Assembly (NCBI GenBank): GCA_051294905.1
Contig: CM119372.1
Coordinates: 31,622,001-31,686,000, forward strand
Length of the DNA stretch: 64,000 bases
From: Botryllus schlosseri
Taxonomy: Eukaryota
Direction of reading: 5' to 3'
The position numbers and the translations under genes were made by a program. Shown here in pieces: positions 12,725-26,000 of the stretch (the stretch's first letter is position 1; each line of letters begins with the position of its first letter). The notes beneath the pieces were generated by a model. It searched no databases. It was given only the letters and a program-made list of their open reading frames with translations, and was not told the DNA's origin.

Positions 12725-14145
12725 GGAGTTTCCGAATAAAGCTCAGAATTGTAAGAATAAATCGCAGTTTTTTTTCGTTCAATTTTACTTCTGTTACGTT
12801 GCTGAGCAGGTCAGCCGAATATAGTGGTTGTCCGTGTTTCCGGTCTCTGAATTAAGCAGAGTAGACTGTATATATGTGTAATAATTTCAACGTTTGCTCA
12901 TCTTGAACGGAGCTTCCTAATGCAGTTGCAAACGCTTGGTCTTTGAAGGATTTAATCGACTGAAAGTCCATCCTACAATATGCAATCGATTTCTCCCTGT
13001 TCTGTATTGAAGTTCCATCATTATCTCCGACATCATCAACAACTTCGCCCAAGCCTGTACGCACGGCCATATGTGGGAAGCTGGAGACTATGTGGGCAGT
13101 TATGGCAAATATGAAATTATGAACTCGTCAACATACGCCTATCAATACTATAGCAACGTATACAGGTATTTTAGAACGATTTATATATCTGTCAAATTGA
13201 AGTAGTCAAGAAGCGCTACATGAAATCCTGCGTCACGCGAAACACAGATATCGATCCAACTTATGTATACTGTGTTAACACGTATGATTGTCATCTCAAT
13301 TTTAGTTTTTCTGAGAAGGGAAATTCCCGTCCAATTGATTTCTATGCACCCGACCGTTTAATGTTCATAGTGACATCGGTCTTAAGTTATAGTAGGTGGC
13401 ACCTTAAAAGGCTCTAGGCCCCATGATTGCCTAGTGGTTCGCATTTCTCAAAGATCGGTTTTAGTGAGCTAATATTTTCAGAAATGAGCCACCGATAGAA
13501 TTCTGTTCATTTGCATTCTCTCATTCGTTACACCAGGCAATATAGGCAAACTACCCGATGCGGGTCTCAACCTCCACATTGAGGTAACTCTGCCTTGGAG
13601 ATTTTGCAATCAGTGGTATGGGCTTTCGACACAATTACATTCCAGCATTGATTACCTCACACGTCGACACCCGACGTTCTTTTTAAGGAACCACAGCTAT
13701 ATTTATAATAGTATATATTTAATGTTCGGATAATCATACTCAACATGACCCGCCGGCGATAACATTCAACTACACAATACACATCATATAGGCCTACTTG
13801 GAAGGTCGTTGTTATTTCTGGGAAGGTTGCGTGTTTGCGAGGTAGGTCTACAGCCTTAGTGCATTATGTCTTGAACGAAGGGGAGTTTGGTTTATTCAAA
13901 GCGGTTCAGTAAGCGGAAGAGTAGCTTAGGCTGATTGACTTAAACTTGGGTGAATTCCTTCACTGATATTGGCCCTGGTCGCTTTTTGCCTAGATGATAT
14001 AATGTTAGCATGTCTTATTAAATATGTAATAGTTCGCATTCCGCAATAACGATATCTTAAACTGTGCGCTGTGCTCTTGCGCAAAGACTGTACAGGAGCT
14101 GTGTAACCATAGATGCGAATAATTATCGACTTATATCAACTAAAC

Positions 14146-15414
14146 CAGGGTTGGTCAACCTCTTTGGCCTAAGGGTCGAATGAGATTTACGAACCGCGGC
14201 GCGGGCCATCTGAATGTTGATGACATTATTTTAGTCATCCGATAGCAGCGAACCGAATTAGGTAGCATTGAAAACAAGACATTCATTACTACGCTTTAAA
14301 ATTGATAACAATTATGTCATAAGACTCTGTGTACAACTGTGCAGTGTGTATTCAGGTCCTGGTCGCGCGAAATTTATTCAAAGGTAAAATGAATGAATTC
14401 GATCAATAAATATGTTACTTGCATATATTGGGGGTCGCCTCTGTATATTACTATGCTCATTTGGCAAAGAAAGGATTATTCGGCGAGTAGCAATATCGAA
14501 AGTTTCGGTGAAATACCTCTATCATTTTGTGCAAATGTTTCATCGCCGACGATCTCGCTCCGAGCGCACAAGCGAATTCGCATGTTGGACGACACTAGGG
14601 TTGCATTTAAAACAAAAATCAATTTAAAACAAACATGGTTTAAACAAGTTTTTTATTGTTTTTTTGTGTTTTATAAGTCATGACGTCACGAATTTTCAAT
14701 TGTACGTCGTAGTGAATTGACATTGACAATTGAAAATATAGGGTTAATATATAGCTCCTTTGACGAAATATATGTGATGTTGAACCGACTATTTTGAGGG
14801 TCCCAACCATCCCATATCGATATACGTCGGCTATATATCGGTTGGTAGTTGTCCGTAGGCTCATACAACATGTTTTTTGGAAAGTATTTACACAATCATG
14901 GCATAATTTTACAACTTGAAAAAACACACTTTTGTTTTTTTAAAAAGGCCTTTGTCTGAAACACTGTTGAAAACATATTTTAAACAAAGTGTTTTAAAAC
15001 ACAGTTTGTTATAAATGCAATCCTAGACGACACGTTATCTCCTAATTGCGATTATAGTTAGATTCAATTCCGTGAATTACGCGTATTTAAAATTTTCTAG
15101 AGGGGTCGCCAATACTAAATGCAAGAAATCGAGTGACGAAAAATCATGCGAAGGGCTAAAAAAAATTTCAAGTCAAATAAATCTGCTACGAAATATTCTA
15201 CTTTATGGTCACATGCGAAGATCTGCGATAAATGTGGCTGGCCCCGAGTTACGCCAATGCGTCGGAACTGATGTCTTAGTCATCATCAAATTTCATGGAC
15301 TGGCTAATCAAATTTTGAATGGCCTTGCAATTTTGCCTGATGTTATAAATAATTTCGAGAATTACCTCGCGGGCCACACAAAGCCTTCTCGCGGGCCACG
15401 GTTGGCCGCCCCTG
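14146..15414. mobile_element. Complete hAT MITE with a nested insertion
   Basis: TIRs CAGGGTTGGTCAACC / GGTTGGCCGCCCCTG; perfect 8-bp TSD AACTAAAC at 14138-14145 and 15415-15422. Confidence 0.92.
14596..15025. mobile_element. Nested hAT MITE (TAGGGTTGCATTTA TIR)
   Basis: TIRs TAGGGTTGCATTTA / TAAATGCAATCCTA with 8-bp TSD GACGACAC. The empty site TTGGACGACACGTTATCTCC is present in the sister copy at ~48101-48120. Confidence 0.93.
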
Positions 15415-16318
15415 AACTAAACCATACATTATTGTATTTTTATTTTCGTTATGAATTCCCACAGCAGAGGTAATATATATTCTGCGCGGTGAAGAGTATT
15501 CTGTAATCCCGTAGGGCGGAAACTGCGATGTGCAGCACTGCCATATCTTGCTTTTATGATGGTGGCTAATGCGTTATTCGTAGAACTTCGTTCATATGAC
15601 AGGTGGAACATATCAACGATCTACTGGTTAGCCAACTAATCTCTTTCGAGAAATTACTCATTTTTAGAGCTGCAAACGTATCGAAATATGTGACAAAGTA
15701 ATTTTACAATAGACTGGATTAGAGGTGCATGCTCTGTAAGTGACTGTTATACTTTCCATCTGAAACTCGCATTGTATAGTCGTTTTACAGCGCGGGGGAG
15801 TGTAAACCACATGCGTCATAACCCTTTTAACTTACATTGACGGCTATATTAAGTGATGGCATAATATAAACCCTTGTTGAAATGCCAAGTGAAATTCACT
15901 TGCCGGCGCTACGTATGGATTGGGTTTTCGAATTTTCGAAACGAAATTAAACGGGCACAACCTCTAGAAGTAGCTAATAATTCTGTAAGTACTTAATTGT
16001 AATATAAACAGGTCAGCGATTATCAGCGATTAGCCTCGAATTATTTCGCGAGAGGTAATGAAGACGGATGTTTCATCTGTGCTCACTGCAGTAAAGAGTT
16101 CACTTGATTAAGGGAATTGTGACTGCATCTCCTATTTACTATGTAAAATTGACTCTCCCAGGAATTACCAGTAAGAAATTCGCTAGCTTCAACGTACCTA
16201 GATCTAGTGACACTGTCACAGTGAATGCTCTCTATCTGAAGATGACGGCTTTGATTGACTATAGTTGTGGGTAATAAATTTATGCTGTAAGCAAACGTCA
16301 AAGATAGACTGTTTGTAC

Positions 16319-17070
16319 CAGTGTTTGGATGACCTGAGTCAACTTTTTCGTATGACTTGACTTGACTCGAGTGACTTTGCCAAAATGACTTGACTTGACT
16401 TGACTCGGCGCTTAAGAAATGTGAATTGACTCGTGACTAAGAGCAAAATTTACGAATCAATTTCAACTCATCAATAAGTAAATGGTGTCGTCTAAATCAC
16501 TGTATCATAGATATGTTCGAATTATTCGCAATACGCCGGTGACACTTGTGAGAGCAACCAGTCATTCACTTATGTACGTTTCACTAGTCCTTCCTTGTTA
16601 AATCACAAATATATTTGAAGAACTTCCTGGAGGTACAGAACTTCAATGTACAATTGAATAGTCTATTCTCATTGAAATGAACCCGAATATTTTCGGATGA
16701 CACTCGTCAGGGGTAATCGTCTGCAACTAGTAGAGAATTGGAAAGAACATTGTATATCAACAATCGACCCTCTATTTTGGCTGATAATAACAGACTGTAG
16801 CATGTAATTATACAGTTACTCACGTATTTTATTAGTAGTTCTAGGTTTGCGTGCGCGATACAACACCTCTTCGCTCGCATATTAAAATTAATATTCGTTA
16901 TATGATTCGAGATAAATTACCAATTAATCATTCTTTCACGCAGCTAGAAAAATGTTATGACTTTTAATCATCACTAATACTTGGAAAGTTAAATTTGACT
17001 TGAATATCGACTTGACGCGTGACTTGACATGACTTGGCTCGACTTGACTCGAGTCACCTCCAAAAATTGA
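16319..17070 (-). mobile_element. Partial GACTCGAGTC-family hAT MITE
   Basis: CAGTGTTTGGATGAC terminus and (GACTT)n arrays; reverse complement of the 18200-19131 copy. Confidence 0.8.
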
Positions 17071-17756
17071 GTGACAAAGGCGGTGACACTGCAACCACAT
17101 AACCGCACCGACCTAACTAGCAGGGCTGTCACACACGAACGGCGGGTCGGATCGTGAAGAAATATGTTGCAGACCCTAGCAATCACCAGAACTCACATTG
17201 GCCAATTTCAATACCTCTGTTCCTTGAGCGGATTTGAAATTTCCATGTCCTAACCCTAATCCTAATCCGATTCAAACTTGGAATTTCACTTGAAAAACTA
17301 TAACCTGCATCTTATACCAATATAATATTGTGAAAATAAATAAAACGCTCAATGAGTGCAAAAGTACATGAAGTAATAACTTGCAAACTTTGTAAAATCG
17401 TTATATGACAAAAACTTTGTCACCACTGACCAATCGGAAAATTCAATCCAAACCCTAATCCATTCAAAATAAAATCTCAAATCCCTATCCAATTCAAATC
17501 CGACCAAATTTCCCAAATCCCGTTTTCTCAAATCCTAATCCTAATCCGTGCTCATCGCTGCTATGTTCCACTCCACTCCTGTACAGGGCTTTAGAGCAGC
17601 CGTAAATTTGCATTGCTCCAGATCCGGAGCTTTATTCTATCATACGTTAGCTCCGGCTCCAGCTTCAGCTCCAGCTCCGGAGTCGCATTATTATCACTGC
17701 TCCGGCTCCAGCTCCGGCTCCGGCTCTGAAAACTATCGAATGGTGTCTGTCTATAT

Positions 17757-19396
17757 CAGGGGTGGGCAACCCGCGGCCTGAGGGCCATATGTGGCCCGCA
17801 AGAAGGTTTTGAGTAGCCCGCGAGCTAATTTCCCATTATATAATCGAAATTCTGTTGTATTATCGAAATTGCATTGCTCAGATTGTGAACTTGCAAGGCC
17901 AACCAAAAATATGATTAGTATGGCCGCGACACCTGTGATGTTGATGACTAAAATATCAGTTACGACGCATTGGCAGACCCAGGGTCCAATCACATTTTTA
18001 GTAAATCGTCGTAAATTACAATAAACTAAAAAAGTAGTAAAATTTTTCTTCACGTTTAGCGTGTTTAATTGTCACACGATTTCTATCTCTGTAGCCTACC
18101 CCACCTGAAAATGAAAAAAACGCCTGATTTAGCCGATGAGTCAAACTATATATTCGCAATTACGAGAGAAAATATTTTCGCGTTTGCGCTCGCAGAAAGC
18201 AGTGTTGGGATCAAGTCACTACCTTCGAGTCACGAGTCATTTCGAGTCAATGCACATTTTGACTCGAGTCAAGTCAAGTCAATCGATTTTCAAAGGTGAC
18301 TCGAGTCAAGTCAAGTCACTCGATTTTTGGAGGTGACTCGAGTCAAGTCGAGTCAAGTCAAGTCAAGTCACGAGTCAAGTCACAATTCAAGTCAAGTTGC
18401 CTTTTCGAAGTATGAGGCATGATTAAGTCATTGCATTTTGCTAGCTGTCTGAAATACAGGTTGAGTGGTCATTGATTTTGAACCGATGACCGAATATAAA
18501 GTTCAATATATACGCAAGAAGGCACTGTATCGCTCACATATAAGTAGGACTGCTAAACCTCTGTTTATAGTTACCAGCCCAGATAGAGAATAGATACGAA
18601 TTGATAAGATGTAATACATTACACATTTATAAATCGATATGATACAATTCGAACCCGGGCCAATGATTGAGGACTATAAACTATATTCGAATTCAGTTTC
18701 AATAAAACAATAGGTTCGGTTAAGGTACAAACAGAGAACAGAATTTTCTTTACTATACTAGTTTACGACAACGTAAGCTGTAAGCTTCGACCACTTCGTT
18801 TGCGGTCAATTTATTCGTGAGAGAACAAGGGAGGCTCAGTAAAACGCACGATCATTGAATGATCGGTCGCTATAACGGGTTACACCAGCGTTTGGCGAAC
18901 AGTTCAAACATTTGCAAGATACAGTGATTTTGATCGACACCGACTACTTGATGACTTGAAATTGACTCGTGAATTTTGCTCCGAGTCACGAGTCAATCCA
19001 CATTTCTGATACGCCGAGTCAAGTCAAGTCAAGTCATTTTAGCAAAGTGACTCGAGTCAAGTCAAGTCACACGAAAAAGGTGACTCGAGTATGACTCGAG
19101 TCAAGTCATGACTCGAGTCATCCCAACACTGGCAGAAAGATCGTCGCCGATGAAATGTAGGCACAAAATGATTATCGTATATTAGCGGAAATCTTCGATA
19201 TCGATAGGTCCAGATCCCGAATATGATACTGTCCTTGCAAACTGAGCCCAGCGGGCGGTATACAGTCGACCCGCAATCTACGCAAGTAATATTAATATTA
19301 ACTTTGAAAATTTTACCCGCCTGGCGCGGATCGTGGGCAACGCACTCGTTCGTCCATTCCTTGTGTCCCTTTAGCCGAAAATAATGGCCACCTCTG
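17757..19396. mobile_element. Complete hAT MITE carrying a nested MITE
   Basis: CAGGGGTGGGCAA...TGGCCACCTCTG termini; 8-bp TSD GTCTATAT at 17749-17756 and 19397-19404. Confidence 0.9.
18200..19131 (+). mobile_element. Complete GACTCGAGTC-family hAT MITE
   Basis: TIR CAGTGTTGGGAT / ATCCCAACACTG with 8-bp TSD GCAGAAAG. The empty site CTCGCAGAAAGATCGTC occurs at ~38372-38388. Confidence 0.95.
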
Positions 19397-19442
19397 GTCT
19401 ATATAGATTACTAATTTACCCGTGGGTTAGTTATCCATATAG

Positions 19443-21963
19443 CAGTGCTTTTCAACCTGTGTGACGGTCCGCGCGAATGAAAAAAATTGCAGTGCGAATG
19501 ACGAACATGGTGCGAACGGTGCGAATGAAAATCCCGGATGAGTGCGAATGACGAAGGTGGGTGCGAACGATGCGAATGAAAATCCCGGATGGGTGCGAAT
19601 GAAAATAGTGAATAAGAATTGTTAATTTTTCTGACCTGGAATAATTCGAATAAACCTAATAGGAAATTCAAGGGCAGTGTAACTTTTGTTGTTGCGACGC
19701 AATTGTAAAAACTTGTTCAACTCACGACGCACCACTAGTCGTAGCTCTCACAAGCCGTAGTCAATTAATATTTTCGCACTATAATTATTATGTCACCAGA
19801 AGCCTGGTTTGGAAGCTGGTGTAGTGGCAGACATACAGTATATCAGCCCGTCTGAGCTTGCAATAGGCTGGGAAATGACGTTAAATTGACTTTCTGCTCA
19901 CTCTCTCTAAACAATCATTATACTTCCGTAATACCTATTCGATTAGTGCGAGGCACGAGGACAGTAGTAAATTCCATCATTTCAGACTCCCATTTGCAAG
20001 TTACTGTAACGCAAATTATACCCTTTCAAGGGTTATTAAAGTATAGACCGCAAAGGGTATAATTTTGGGTCGACACGGTGCCAGAACTGTCGTGTCTGTT
20101 AATATGTATGTAATATTTTTTCAATTTATGGCAAAATTCTGCGATTGTGTTTACAAATCGAAGGTCGCGGTGTTGGGTACTGGAGCGAATAAGCGAGACA
20201 CGCAGAAAATATGTCTTTATCATGAGAATTCGTGATAAGATTTGTCCGATTGGTTTTTCTGGAAAACATGGCCGAAAACCGTTGGGATGAACTACTTTAG
20301 GGACTAGGGATGTGCAACGAGCGACTTCAGGTCTATGATACTCATTCATTTCGAGGCCAACCCCTTCTGAGTCCTACTGTCCAGCCACATTAAGACGGAA
20401 AGTTTTGGCTAACAAACGGCTGATAAAATGCGGTGCCAAAACATAAGCTTCGACAAAACCTTGGCCAAAAATGACCGATACTGGATGGCCATAAACCATT
20501 CGATATGGATATGCGCCATTGTCGGCACGGCATAGTCCCGTTCTTGCTATCTGAGTATAGACAGTAGTAGGCCTACAACTGCGACACGAAAATGAATTAA
20601 ATTCACCCCAATTTGAAATCGCGTGTGTCAGACCTGTAGAACTGTGTTGGATAGAAATGTGGTGTGCGCGTTCTGTATGTCATGCATGTCCATAAAGTCG
20701 TAGCATACTACTGTAATTATAAAAAAATGAATTCCTTTTCTTGGGTGAGGCTCGGGTCGCGAGATGCCACAAAATCTCAGACTTTGGTGGTAGTCTAAAA
20801 AACTGCTTTAACGTTATTAAACTGTCATGAAATTATGAACTTAGATTGAGCAAAAGAGCAGAACACACAGTATCTTGAGTTTATTTGCTCTTCCCACATA
20901 CTCGCGAGATAGTAAATGTGAAATCGAAAAAAAAGTTGCAGCAACGTATCATAAGGTAGCGAGTTCTAATGTGCCTACTCTTCATGATCCTTTCGACCTT
21001 ATTTTCCAAGACAGAAGGCAAAACCCTCAACACAAACAGGTGGGTTTTTCACCCTTCCGACGTACTGGAGCCTTAGACCTTTTCGTCAGCTCTCAAAATC
21101 GATTTCTTCCACCAAGCATTTTTCGCTCGTGAAAAATACGCTGTATGTAGGATAGGAGTGCAGAAAAGACTTTAGGACAGGGGTCGCCAACTCCAAATGG
21201 CTCTCGGGTCACTTTCAAATTTTGTAGAGCCCGCGGGCCGCATGAATTCAATATCGAGAATAAAATAAGGCGTGTCAGTACAACGCTCTGCTTTCTGACA
21301 TGGCGATGGGTATATAGTTACCACGAAAGAAAAAATATTTTATAACTAATAAAAAAGCAACAAAAATATGTTCATTGACTAAAGAATCGATATTGGTGTT
21401 AGCTAGACACGGTATTTGCTGGAAAACTATCTTCTCGTGAAGATTGCTCTCGTGGCGAGGCCCTGAGTCGTTTTCTAATTGCTTCGGTCTTGGCAGTGTC
21501 ACCACCATTGTGCGCCAAGGCAATATGCCCATTGCCCATTTATATCAGCTAATTCTTCCTCCATGGAATGTTGTTATATACCATCACCGAGGCCGTTTCA
21601 GCTGGTGACGAATAGTGGTGTTCGGCACAGGGGAATAGCATATTTTGAATATGAAGTCAGATTACGGGTCGCAAAATATGACCTCATAGGCCTCATGCGG
21701 CCCGCGGCTGTGCTGGTGACCCCGCTTTAAGACCTGGCCATCCGAGCACTAGTAGAAGGGTTTTAGTGAAATAGTTGAAATCAAAACGAGCGAAAATAGT
21801 AGCCTTTTCAATGAGAAACTTGATAGCTTAAGATACATAGTATAGCCAATTTGTTGCACATCTGAGCAAATAAATGGTGAATTTTCAATATTCGGTTAGT
21901 TTGTGCGAATGAAATTTATTTTACAAAAGTGCGAATGAAGCTCAAAACGGTTGAAAAGCACTG
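19443..21963. mobile_element. Non-autonomous hAT element (CAGTGCTTTTCAACC TIR, GCGAATGA subterminal repeats)
   Basis: Perfect 15-bp TIRs and GTGCGAATGA repeats at both ends. The TSD is degenerate, but the element is absent from the paralogous locus at ~38670. Confidence 0.8.
21178..21724. mobile_element. Nested hAT MITE
   Basis: CAGGGGTCGCCAAC...GCTGGTGACCCCG with TSD CTTTAGGA/CTTTAAGA (one mismatch). Confidence 0.75.
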
Positions 21964-23023
21964 CCCTAAGTAATCTAGAGCAGTGGTTCTCAACCACCGG
22001 TCCGAGGACCGGTGCCGGTCCGCGACAACATTCCTGCCGGTCCGCCAGGTATATGACAGTTTTATACTTCAATATCAAGATGCAATGTTGAAGGCTTGTC
22101 CTTTGATAAAATAAATAAAACATCTAATTTTAAACTGATTCAAAACTTCGTGAGGTAACGTTCGGGCTGGAAACATGCTCGATTTGACTTAAAGTTCAAG
22201 ACGTTTCATTTGACGACATGCGAGCGACAAATACAGAACAGATACGAGCTCACTCATCGCTAAACAGCGCAGTTTGATCATTGGTTTTCGATTCATTTAT
22301 TTTGGGCAGGACCGTAACTGGGGCACACCAAACCGCCCAATTGGAGAGGGGCCGAGCTTGAAAAGGGCCCAAAATTATTTCGCAAATGAACATAAATCAT
22401 AGCGTTTTATTTAAAACATTTTCCAACATTTTTCAATTTCTTTTCGGGCTTTGCACGATTTAGTGTCCCTAAATGTCTTGCTTATTAGGTGCCCTTCTTC
22501 GAGAAATACGCATGATTATAGGCATTTCGGCGTCAGCCATTACGGCGCCACGACGTACCAACACATAATGAAGTTTAGGTTAACATAGGGGACTCCGAAA
22601 TTTGGGCCAAAAATTCGGCCGCGAGAAAACCGCTTCAGTCGTGAATGATTGAAAATTTTCGCTATTGTCGCGATAAGCTACGTTAACTCTCTGCTTACGC
22701 TGAGTAGAATGGATGTGATCACAAGTACAGGTGAAAACTTCCACCCAAGTGTAGGATCTTGGGGCGAAGCCCCCGAAAGTTTGGCTTATCGCCCTGTGGG
22801 GGCCCCAAGACCAACATTTTTGGGGTGGGCTGACGAAGTGCTTTTTCGGCCCGGATTTGCGCATGACCGGTATAACTGCTGTAATGTGTTTTCTTGCGGA
22901 ACGCATTGTATTCGCAGTTGCCTGAGTAGCTTGCGTCTGGTGGCAGTGGGCGATGACCAAGGTAGCACGACAAGGTGCCTCGACTCGGCAGACTCACTAC
23001 CATAAAATCACATGGATGCCATC

Positions 23024-26000
23024 AGTAGTATATACGATCGGTCGCGAACTAGCGTTGGTTCTTATGGGCCCGCTCGTGACTTGCCGCGAAAACTCGTGTT
23101 GGTGACCACACCCTTTTAGACCCCCTATCGCTGGTGACTTGCCATTGTTTCTTATGGGATCTCTGGTGACCCCACCCTTTTAGGTATAGTAATCGCTCAT
23201 GACCTGCCGTGAAAACTCGTAGTGATGATGGTACCCTTTCAGACCCCCTATCGCTCGTGATGTGCCAATGGTTCTTATGGGATCTCTGGTGATGTGTCAT
23301 TGTTTCTTACGCGGTCTCTGGTGATGTGCGATTGGTTCTTATGGGATCTCTGGTGATGTGCCATTGTTTCTTATGGTATCTCTGGTGACGGCACCCTTTC
23401 AGGTATAGGCTGCGTCGGTGATGTGCCTGTCATGTATTCTTACGGGATCTGTGGTGATTCGCCATGTGTTCTTATGGGTGCGGCCGTGAATTGTCCTTTC
23501 GGGTAAAGGCATCTCTCGCACGTCGTACTTTCGCATGTCGTGCTTTCGCGTATAGGCTGTGTTGGTGATTCGCCATGTGTTCTTATGGGTGCGGCGGTGA
23601 TTCGTACTTTCGGGTATATACATCTCTCGACCGGTGTTGAATATGTATCAAGTAAATAGTTATGTGAATGAATCTTTGTTAATGTGTATATCGTGCCGCA
23701 CTAACGGAAACGCGGCTTGTTGTGAGGATTAAGCAGTGCGACCTATATTTCGAATGACCTGTGTGTGGAATTGTTTCACGGCCAGCCGCGTGCTACTATC
23801 GATTATTACACTAATCCAGTCAGCACTATTACATTCAGGAGTATTCAGTATTCAGCAGCGACACGAAAAGCGATCAACAAATAACCGCGTTCACAAACTA
23901 ACACTTCAAAAATGTGTGAAATAGTTTACAAAACCCCGCGATCGCTGACAAGATAATGTCTCGGGCATAACCATTTTAGTGACTTGGTGTTACAGACATA
24001 CCGATCGCTCACAAGGTAATATTTCGGTAATTAGTTTGTCACAGAGCCGTCGCAGACGGTGATTCGAAAACCAACAATTTGACACTTTCTGGTGCTTGCT
24101 ATATGTTTTGACACTTCGGAACGTGGTTGACTTTAGTTGTATGATAAGAATCATGTGAATATACAAGTAATGTGTTAATTTGTCAACTTGAAATGAAACT
24201 TACTGCACAAACCAAGTTGATTCGTATCTGAATGTGTTAATTCGGTACAATTCTAATTATTTTGAGAAATCTTTTGATTCGACCGTAACCGAATATTACT
24301 GACACCGACTTTCAGCCGCATCGAATTATTCGCACATTCCGCGCCGCTGTTTTCGCACTTTATTCACAACTCTATTCACGGTCTGGCTTTCCGTTTGTCA
24401 AAGAGATATTTTTACATCTTACCATACTCAAAAGAATTATTCACAACATTACCAATTGTTAAAAATCTAGTTTTCAATTACTTGATTATATCACTGCAAC
24501 TCATGAATTTGAATTAATTCATCCTGGTTGTATTCGTATGCTCGGTCTTTTTTTATTCGATTGTAAAGGTTGTTACTATTCTGAAGACAAAGTATTTACT
24601 AATCGGTGCATATACGTTTTGACTTGGACATATTATATTTTGAGTATACGAGATTTGAATGTCTGAACAATAACTGAGAAATAATTTATCACAATTAAAT
24701 CCGTTTATTACAGCGTAAAAGATATATGAATGTCAGCAACTCGGTAAGATCATAGTTACTACCACATTACCTAATTTACCCGACCAACTCGTCATGATCA
24801 TTCCCGAAATCAACACAAACATGACTACTGACTTGAGTTAACCACAAAACAGCATCAAGTTTTAAATCCACTTGTAGCTTACGGATTATTTGAATGCGGG
24901 TTATGTTTTGTTGTAATTGAGTGTACGGAAATAGTATTACGTCTTGACATCTTACCATCTTACGATATTCAAAGAGTCAACCACGAAAACATTGTCAAGT
25001 AAATCCGTTACCCGACCAACTCAAACAGTATCAGTACGAAAAACAACCGAACATGCACGAGTCCATACAATCACTAAAACCTAAAATCCATAACAAGTTC
25101 GGTTGTATTCATATCCCTACACATCTTTTTTTTTTTTATTCAACTTGAAAAGTCGTTACTATTCTGTAAGATAGAGGAATTACTACGCGGTATATTCTGC
25201 AAGACAAACAAATTACTACTCGGTATATTTTGTAAGACAAAAGTAATTACTACTCGGTGCGCGCAACTTGAGATTAACATATGTTTTGAGTATACGAGAT
25301 TTCAAAGTCCGAGCAACGTAGTTGAGAATTCATTTCTTACAATCGAACGCAGGTGTTATATTGAATATTATCATGATGTAATCATAAGGATTGATACTTT
25401 AGTTTGACATACGAGATTTTGTAATAGTCTATCATGACTTGATTATTGAATCATGACGTAATTAAACCGGTGTTGGTTATTGTGATATCAACAAACTTTT
25501 CAGGGATATTTTTAATTAACGCATCGATTTGTAAAACGAGGACTTGCATGTGCGAAATGTTTTTGATCGGGAAATTAATCCAGGATCGTTCGAATCGTGT
25601 GATCAATATTTAATCCTTTCACACCCACCATTGTACGTGCTAAATGTAAAAAAAATTGTGAAGTCTATAGATCTACACTTCAAGGTTTTGATCAGCACAG
25701 AAGCAATTGTAATATCGTTACCGATGCGTCCTATTCCACAGACTTGGTTAATACAAACTCATATCAATAATAAAATCACAGTATGTGCTACACTGAAATC
25801 TACAGAAAATGTCTTTGTATTGCTGCTCATAGTAGTGATATCGATTTTAACCTCCAGAATAATTGTCATCATCTAACCAAACTACTGAAATTCGTTGTCA
25901 ATTTGTCTGATGTTCTCTGAATGCATACTAGAACTATTTGCGCAACACACACGATCAGAGAAATTGGAAATTTTCCCATCGTCATTCGTCAAAGTAAATG

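Noticed and set aside
17250..17550. Telomeric repeat (TAACCC-like)
   Set aside because: Only a few degenerate CCTAAT/CCCTAA units inside a MITE-like repeat; no true array.
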